Below the pieces are notes generated by a model. That model was not told where the DNA came from. It searched no databases and saw only the letters and a program-made list of their open reading frames with translations. The position numbers and the translations under genes were made by a program. A stretch of 64,000 bases of DNA, taken from NCBI GenBank assembly GCA_021787535.1, contig JAJYLR010000001.1:211648-275647 (forward strand), in the 5' to 3' direction. Each line of letters opens with the position of its first letter. The first letter of the stretch is position 1. Below are positions 58,245 to 64,000 of the stretch, one piece after another. This DNA is from a bacterium. Lineage in GTDB: Bacteria > Patescibacteriota > CPR2 > UBA1875 > JAJYID01.

Positions 58245-58898
58245 ATGAAACTTCTACTGACATCTGATGGGTTGACTAATCAATCAATTTCGGAAACTTT
58301 TTTGAAATTGATTGGTAAAAACCCTTCAAAATCAAAGGTGGTTTTTATCCCGACCGCATCAAATATTATTGCTAAAGATAGACAGTGGATGGTCGATGAA
58401 TTTTTGAAGCTCAAGAAGCTTGGATTTTCATATGTTGATATGGTTGACATTGCTGCTATTGCAAAAGAAGATTGGGAACCTAGATTTAGCAGTGCTGATG
58501 TTTTGCTCTTTGCTGGAGGCAATCCGTTCTATCTGAAATATTGGTTTCAAAAGTCGGGTTTGGCAGACATTCTGCTTAAACTTATAGAAAATAAAGTGTA
58601 TCTTGGTGTAAGCGCAAGCAGTATGATAATAGGTCCGGATTTTCTTATTCAACCAAAACAACAATCTAAAAAATACTTGGAAAAGGGCAAGGAAACGATT
58701 GGTTTGGGAATCATTGACTACGCTATAATGCCGCACTATGAAGAGGGAAGCCAAGACGAGTCAACCGAAAAACATTTAAGAGGTTTTGCAAAAAAGGTTA
58801 AGTTTCCGATTTACGGGATTGATGACAATAGTGCGATAGTAGTTAATGGTGGTAAAAGGGAAATAGTTTCCGAAGGAAAATGGAAGAAATTCGAGTGA
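58245..58898 (+). CDS. Peptidase S51 (dipeptidase E-like) family protein
   Basis: KLLLTSDG...VVFIPTAS...LLFAGGNPFYL...GVSASSMI spacing matches the S51 family. Confidence 0.65.
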   Translation: MKLLLTSDGLTNQSISETFLKLIGKNPSKSKVVFIPTASNIIAKDRQWMVDEFLKLKKLGFSYVDMVDIAAIAKEDWEPRFSSADVLLFAGGNPFYLKYWFQKSGLADILLKLIENKVYLGVSASSMIIGPDFLIQPKQQSKKYLEKGKETIGLGIIDYAIMPHYEEGSQDESTEKHLRGFAKKVKFPIYGIDDNSAIVVNGGKREIVSEGKWKKFE

Positions 58899-58968
58899 AG
58901 CTTTTACTGGCATCAATTAGTAGGCAGGGGTTTCATTCATACTCTGAATCCCATATACTATAACCATT

Positions 58969-59850
58969 ATGCCGTGGTATGCGATAGCGCTAGGTTCGGC
59001 ACTGACTGCCGGACTGTTTCAGATAGTTGAGAAAAAAGTTCTTTTGAAAGAGCATAGTTTATTTTTTCTGGTCACTTCCTCTTTTCTGATGCTTTTGTTT
59101 TCTCTGCCCATGATACCGGCAGGTTTTGTGGGCGCTCTCAGTTCGATAATGTTGGTTTATATTTTGATTAAATGTACTTTTGCTGTAGCTCTTTTTGTCC
59201 TCTGCGCCAAAACCATAAAACATATGGATATTTCTGAGTTTGGGCCGCTTATGAACTTGAGTCCGTTGGTGCTTCTGGTGCCGGCTACCCTCTTTCTTGG
59301 TGAAAAGCTAACCGTAATGAATTTCATGGGCATACTTCTGATAGTGGGCGGCGCCTATGTAGTGGAGCTAAAAGACGGCTGGAAAACGCCGCTCAGAAGA
59401 GCAGCTAAGGATAAATATGTTCATTATATATTTTGGTCTGCTATCTTTGTTGCTCTAGCAGCGTCAATGGACAAATTTATCCTGGCCAAGTCAGTTGAGA
59501 TAGATGTGAATACCTTTTTCTTTTATAACCGCCTGTTTATCGCTTTATTGCTTTTGGGCGCGTATTTTATTTTCAGGGATAAGAAACTTAAAGATAGTTT
59601 GCCGGTAACTTTTAAACGATCTTTTTGGTGGATTTTGATTGCTTCAATCCTGTTTATGGCCACAGATTATGTTTATTTTTCGGCTGTCGCTGTGCCGATA
59701 GCGATGGTTGCGCTTGTCATTCCCTTAAAAAGGATGTCGACACTGATTATGACGGTTTTTGGCGGTGAAATGTTTAAGGAAGATAATTTAGTTCGCAAAA
59801 CTGTAGCTTGTCTTATCATGATTGCCGGTGCTGCATTGATCGTGATATAG
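58969..59850 (+). CDS. EamA/DMT-superfamily transporter
   Basis: 10 predicted TM helices in two repeated halves. 293 aa. Confidence 0.6.
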   Translation: MPWYAIALGSALTAGLFQIVEKKVLLKEHSLFFLVTSSFLMLLFSLPMIPAGFVGALSSIMLVYILIKCTFAVALFVLCAKTIKHMDISEFGPLMNLSPLVLLVPATLFLGEKLTVMNFMGILLIVGGAYVVELKDGWKTPLRRAAKDKYVHYIFWSAIFVALAASMDKFILAKSVEIDVNTFFFYNRLFIALLLLGAYFIFRDKKLKDSLPVTFKRSFWWILIASILFMATDYVYFSAVAVPIAMVALVIPLKRMSTLIMTVFGGEMFKEDNLVRKTVACLIMIAGAALIVI

Positions 59851-60059
59851 CTTTTCTTAATCTTTATGCTTTAAAGTGTTGACGGGACGGAGGAATTTCC
59901 TTTATAATAGAATATTCCGGTATGGGCAAACCGGAAGGGTACCTTATTATAAGCGATTTGAAGGAGGATAATTTCTGCCTAGCAGGCAATCGTTGCCAAA
60001 CTGAAATTGTCTGCTTGCTATGGAAACTACCTGAAGCCCCCAGCAGGGCGGAAAGGAAG

Positions 60060-60591
60060 TATGCGGAATGTTATTAAACTGGTTATCCTATTTGGATTGC
60101 TGGTCGTAGTAACGGTTGGATTTTCAACGGCAAGCGCTCAAAAACCTGAAACCATCAATGGTAAGGATCAACTGATCAAGATGGAACAACAGATCTCTGA
60201 GCGTTTGGCAAGGCTGCAGTCTCAACTCGCTGCAGCTGCCCAAAAAGCCGAGCAAGAGAGGCAAGAAGCTGCCGTCAAAGCGGCGGCGGAACAAAAGCGC
60301 CAGGATGAAATTAACCGATATGGTGCTTGGGGTCCGGATATAGTCGATGCTGCTGCCATGTATGGACAAAGTCCTAGCGACCTGTATCTGGCCATGAACT
60401 GCGAAAGCGGCGGAGATCAACATGCAGATAATGGCGTAGATGAAGGGCTTATGCAGTTCGATCCCGGTACCTTTGCCGGTACTCCGTATGGCAAAAGCAG
60501 TATCTGGGACGGCCACGCTCAAATCTATGCTGCGGCATGGATGTGGTCAGTTGGACGCAGAGGAGAATGGCCCGTCTGCGGGCGTTTATAA
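60060..60591 (+). CDS. Lytic transglycosylase (SLT domain) protein with an N-terminal membrane anchor
   Basis: AMNCESGGD...EGLMQFDPGTFAG matches the SLT catalytic ES...GLMQ motifs. ATG 60060 after GGAAAGGAAG. The ORF-track start is 60007. Confidence 0.65.
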
Positions 60592-60611
60592 TTCCTCGGA
60601 TGTCTGCTTAT

Positions 60612-60645
60612 GGGCGCTCCAAAGACGATCGGAGCGCCCTTTTCC
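60612..60645. terminator. Bidirectional rho-independent terminator
   Basis: gggcgctcc-aaagacgatc-ggagcgccc followed by TTTTCC. Lies between convergent genes. Confidence 0.7.
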
Positions 60646-60658
60646 TATTCAGTTAGAT

Positions 60659-61006
60659 TTAGAAATAACCTTGGCAGCAATTTGCCGATTTTTCGAGGCA
60701 AGGGCAACCCATCTGATTAAGCGCATAAATGCCGCTTTCAAGGTTTAAGACATTTTTGCCGACGTCGGACAGAAGCTTGGCGATGTGAGAGCTGCGGGCG
60801 CCACTTTTGCAAAGGAGAACAACTTTTTTGTTCCAAGCTATGTCATTCATTTTCAATGGAATGACCGACATAGGAATATTTTTCGAATCCTTAATTCTGA
60901 TTAAGGCATATTCGTCCGGCTCGCGGACATCAACAATTTCCAGTTCTTCTGGATTTGAATCGAATAATTCCTTAAATTCATTTGAGTTAATATTTGTAAC
61001 AGCCAT
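60659..61006 (-). CDS. Rhodanese-domain sulfurtransferase with a Cys-rich tail
   Basis: Active-site loop LLCKSGARSSHIA. Single-domain rhodanese. C-terminal CPCLEKSANCCQGYF. Confidence 0.7.
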   Translation of the reverse strand: MAVTNINSNEFKELFDSNPEELEIVDVREPDEYALIRIKDSKNIPMSVIPLKMNDIAWNKKVVLLCKSGARSSHIAKLLSDVGKNVLNLESGIYALNQMGCPCLEKSANCCQGYF

Positions 61007-61093
61007 AGAGAGTATTTAACCAAAGATTCATGTTCAAGTCCAGCATAAAGATCTAAATTACGCGCATTTTTAGAGAATGGCGTTTTCCATCCT

Positions 61094-61120
61094 TTGTCAT
61101 TCTGAATTTAATTCCCCTGA
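61094..61120. repeat. Degenerate hairpin repeat, minus orientation (TGTCATTCTGAAT...)
   Basis: Variant of the TGTCATCCTGAAC motif. Confidence 0.4.
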
Positions 61121-61143
61121 ATTACGAAATACATTCTTTCTGC

Positions 61144-61167
61144 GTCATTCTGGCTTGGCCAGAATCA
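61144..61167. repeat. Hairpin repeat, minus orientation (CGTCATTCTGG-cttgg-CCAGAATC)
   Basis: Reverse complement of the 30893 copy. Confidence 0.55.
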
Positions 61168-61177
61168 AAGATTGGCT

Positions 61178-61203
61178 GGATTCCCGCCTTCGCGGGAATG
61201 ACA
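61178..61203. repeat. Hairpin repeat (GGATTCC-cgccttcgcgg-GAATGACAAA)
   Basis: Identical core to the in-frame copy at 4124. Confidence 0.65.
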
Positions 61204-61316
61204 AATAAAGAAAGGGCTTTTGAATTCACAGATAAAGGCGTTGACACAGTATCTGATTACTGACTAAAATATCAATAGAGAAATAAAAATGCGGGGGTAA
61301 GATAAAAACTCAATCA

Positions 61317-62279
61317 TTGATAAATAAATTATTTGCGGCTGCTACCATTTTAGTCCTAGCGACTGTCTTTGTTCCTTATGTCCATGCTTCAGGCACGCTT
61401 ACTTCCATCTCTGACACGCTGAGCAGGTTAAAGATCTCAACCACAGCTAACCACACGATTACATTTACGACCCCGACGGGCATTGCAAACGGCAATACGG
61501 TGACGCTGACATTCCCTTCGTCGTCATTTACTATGGGCGCGTCGTTGACCGGCGTGACCATCGCAGATAATGGAGGAGCCGACAATGCCGTGACATCGGC
61601 CAGCTACGCTACAAACGTATTAACCATTACAGCTTCAGCTTCAAGCGTTGTTACAGCAGGACATACGGCAACGATCAAAATTCCTTCAGCTCAGATAACA
61701 AATCCGGGTATTGCGGCTACCTATATTATAACGATAGGCGGGACATTCGGAGATACCGGCAGTTTTGCGGCAGTGATTCTCTCGGATGATCAGATACCGG
61801 TGACGGCTAGCGTGGATCCTACTATTACCATGACCGTTGATAATACAACCTTGGCTCTAGGTACGCTTTCGAGTTCTGCCATTGCTACTACAAGTGAAAA
61901 TAATATTGTAGTTGGTACAAACGGCGCTCATGGCTACACCATTGCCGTAAAAGATGCAGGCAATGGCGCTAGTCCAGGGCTTTACAGTTCCGGCGCGTCC
62001 AAACTAGTTGCCTCTGCGACGGCGACGTTGGCAGCTGGTACGGAAGGATACGGCGCAAACTGCAACAAAACTAGCGGCAGCGGCAGCTGTTCCTTTGCCG
62101 ATGGATCGACTAATAATGTGACCGGACTCACTTTGGCTGGCGGGACATTTGCCAGCTATGCATCAACGCCGAGCGGAAATGATACCTTTAGGATCAGAGT
62201 CAAGGCAGCTATCGCTTCCAATACGCCGGCAGGATCTTATGCCGATACCTTGACTGTGATAGGGACGGCGAATTTTTAG
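61317..62279 (+). CDS. Secreted Thr/Ala/Gly-rich protein, possibly a pilin or spore-coat-U-like fibre subunit
   Basis: Signal peptide. Low-complexity T/A/G-rich beta-strand repeats. C-terminus ...YADTLTVIGTANF resembles SCPU/Csu-type subunit termini. TTG start, uncertain. Confidence 0.45.
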   Translation: MINKLFAAATILVLATVFVPYVHASGTLTSISDTLSRLKISTTANHTITFTTPTGIANGNTVTLTFPSSSFTMGASLTGVTIADNGGADNAVTSASYATNVLTITASASSVVTAGHTATIKIPSAQITNPGIAATYIITIGGTFGDTGSFAAVILSDDQIPVTASVDPTITMTVDNTTLALGTLSSSAIATTSENNIVVGTNGAHGYTIAVKDAGNGASPGLYSSGASKLVASATATLAAGTEGYGANCNKTSGSGSCSFADGSTNNVTGLTLAGGTFASYASTPSGNDTFRIRVKAAIASNTPAGSYADTLTVIGTANF

Positions 62280-62365
62280 GTTAGTTGATAAGTTTGTTAG
62301 TTTGTAAGTTACTAAGGTTTTAATTGATAAGTTTACTAAGTTGCTAAGGTCGGCAGGATTATTAA

Positions 62366-63370
62366 ATGGGTTTCGATTCGCATAGAAAAATATTGCTTTC
62401 ATTTGCTTGTTTTATAGCGGGAGTTTTTTTGATTTCCGGCACCTTTCTTACAAAGGCGGCAAGCGGCGGACAAGGACTGACTATCTCTCCGCCTATTAGT
62501 GAGTTCACCATCAAACCGGGCGAGAGCGTAACCAAAGATATTAAACTGACTAACCCGACGGATAAAGTTATCACCGTTACTCCCAAAGTGATGGATTTTA
62601 AAGCCAAGGGCGAAAGCGGGGAGCCGGCATTCTATGACGCCAGCGTTGAGGATTCGAGGTATTCTCTTTCAAAATGGGTAACCTTTACTCAGACGGAAAT
62701 AGCTCTGACGCCCCAGCAGGTGGTTGATTTTAAATATAGCATCAATGCGCCAAGTTCCGCCGAGCCGGGCGGGCACTACGGAGTGGTCTTTTTTGCTACC
62801 GACCAAAGCGTGCTTCAGGAGAACTCTTCCAATGTCACTCTAAACAGCATGGTTGGTTCGCTGCTCTTGGTAAAAGTTCCCGGTGACATTACCGAGAACG
62901 CCGCGCTTGACAGTTTTTCCGCTGATCAATTTATTTATTTAAGCGGCAGCCCGAAAATCGATACCTTAGTCAGAAATCTCGGCAATATCCACTTCAAGCC
63001 AGAAGGAGAAATTACCATTAAAAATATGCTTGGCAGCGAATCCGGTAAGTTGACCGTGAATGGGGAAGGTGGCAATGTTCTTCCTGATAGCGCCAGGAAG
63101 TTTGAAAATATTTGGAAAGATGGCAAGTTTCATTTAGGTCTTTATACCGCCAAAGTGCACCTAACTTACGGTGGTTCTGGCAAAACGCTCGACGGGTCTT
63201 TGACTTTCATAATCATTCCTTGGTGGATTTTGATTATTAAACTTGTTGTTCTGGCAGCAATTATAGCTCTCATTATCTGGCTGCTAATCCGAAGGCGCAG
63301 AAAGAAAAAAGCAGCTAAAAACATGCCGCAGCCGCCCCAAAACCCTCCGGGAAAAATCATTTTGCGCTAA
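62366..63370 (+). CDS. Cell-surface protein with signal peptide, beta-rich ectodomain, C-terminal TM anchor and basic tail
   Basis: Signal peptide. C-terminal IIIPWWILIIKLVVLAAIIALIIWLLI followed by RRRRKKKAAK. Layout like DUF916-type anchored surface proteins. Confidence 0.55.
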   Translation: MGFDSHRKILLSFACFIAGVFLISGTFLTKAASGGQGLTISPPISEFTIKPGESVTKDIKLTNPTDKVITVTPKVMDFKAKGESGEPAFYDASVEDSRYSLSKWVTFTQTEIALTPQQVVDFKYSINAPSSAEPGGHYGVVFFATDQSVLQENSSNVTLNSMVGSLLLVKVPGDITENAALDSFSADQFIYLSGSPKIDTLVRNLGNIHFKPEGEITIKNMLGSESGKLTVNGEGGNVLPDSARKFENIWKDGKFHLGLYTAKVHLTYGGSGKTLDGSLTFIIIPWWILIIKLVVLAAIIALIIWLLIRRRRKKKAAKNMPQPPQNPPGKIILR

Positions 63371-63591
63371 AACTTAGATACAACGATATGGTTATTTATA
63401 ATCCAGTAGCCATTTCGGGAATTTGTAGAAGCACTGATGTTTTTGCCTTTCTGGTAGACTGTGATTTGCTCGAGAACAACGGCGGAAACGTTAATTTGGT
63501 TTTCATCTTGAGCATAAGAAAAACTAGGCACAGCCAAGACCGAGCCGGCGGCAAAAATAAGCCCAAGGAATAAAAAAGAAGCGAGCTTCAA
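63367..63591 (-). CDS. Small secreted protein (74 aa) with signal peptide
   Basis: MKLASFLFLGLIFAAGSVLAVPSFSYAQDE... Overlaps the upstream gene stop by 4 nt. Confidence 0.4.
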   Translation of the reverse strand: MKLASFLFLGLIFAAGSVLAVPSFSYAQDENQINVSAVVLEQITVYQKGKNISASTNSRNGYWIINNHIVVSKF

Positions 63592-63775
63592 GAAATCCTC
63601 CGCTACTCACTCACCCCATATTAAATTTTATACATCCATCCTGACTCTCAACAGGAATTGTATTGTACCAGAAAAGCATAAGTCTAGGAATAAGAATATC
63701 TGTTGAAAAAATGGGGAAAAGATTTGTTTTCTTTTTATGTTTGAACTAAAATTGTAAGCATAATGAGGGTGTTTG

Positions 63776-64000
63776 GGTGGTGAAGAAAGTAGATACAATC
63801 TTCAAAAGAGCGCCTCGTTTTGTCGTCCGTGAAGCGAGGATGGTTGTTTATAATGTAAATTTCCAAAAACATGCGGGAATAGGACTTGGCACGATTGTGC
63901 TGCTTGCTTTCTTTTGTTTGTCAATCTTTGGTTCTTCTTTTTTTGATACTAAAACTGCTGAAGCGGCGAATACCTGCACTTGGACCGGGGCGGTAAACTC
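63776..64000 (+). CDS. 5' part of a secreted protein (truncated by the window end)
   Basis: GTG start. Hydrophobic signal-like segment LGTIVLLAFFCLSIFG followed by AANTCTWTGAVN. ORF runs off the window. Confidence 0.35.

Noticed and set aside
59880-59960. Palindrome tattccggtatgggcaaaccggaagggta upstream of the SLT gene
   Set aside because: Not a member of the GAATGACA family. A single occurrence, possibly an operator or attenuator, but there is no supporting evidence.

Overview
This 64 kb window looks like a chromosomal segment from a small-genome bacterium, possibly of the Candidate Phyla Radiation / Patescibacteria type. That placement is inference from gene content, short intergenic spacers, many small hypothetical and zinc-ribbon genes, Elp3, and LTD surface proteins. 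Genes are densely packed on both strands. Recognisable housekeeping genes are smpB, argS, a UvrD-type helicase-nuclease, a P-type ATPase, pyk, pyrG, rmuC, pheS-pheT, purB-like, gyrB-gyrA and typA. RNA genes are a 16S rRNA, tRNA-Pro(CGG), tRNA-Ile(GAT) and tRNA-Ala(UGC). Surface or secreted proteins include an LTD/Ig-like protein, a lytic transglycosylase, a VanW/L,D-transpeptidase protein and a cluster at the 3' end. Five features stand out. (1) A family of about 25-30 nt hairpin repeats (GGATTCC-stem-loop-stem-GAATGACA and relatives) occurs about 20 times. Most copies are intergenic, but several are inserted in frame inside argS, the helicase gene and elp3, reminiscent of Rickettsia palindromic elements. 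(2) A stand-alone asparagine-synthetase-type PP-loop gene overlaps an Elp3 radical-SAM/GNAT gene, suggesting a coupled tRNA-modification module. (3) Two small, AT-rich, acidic ORFs sit exactly between gyrB/gyrA and between pheS/pheT. (4) The rRNA locus is unusual: 16S, then tRNA-Ile, then a small protein gene, then tRNA-Ala, followed by typA rather than a 23S. The 16S V1 region is also expanded. (5) A truncated Mur-ligase-like gene with a degenerate P-loop is translationally coupled to an aminotransferase. No CRISPR array, integrase or transposase was seen.
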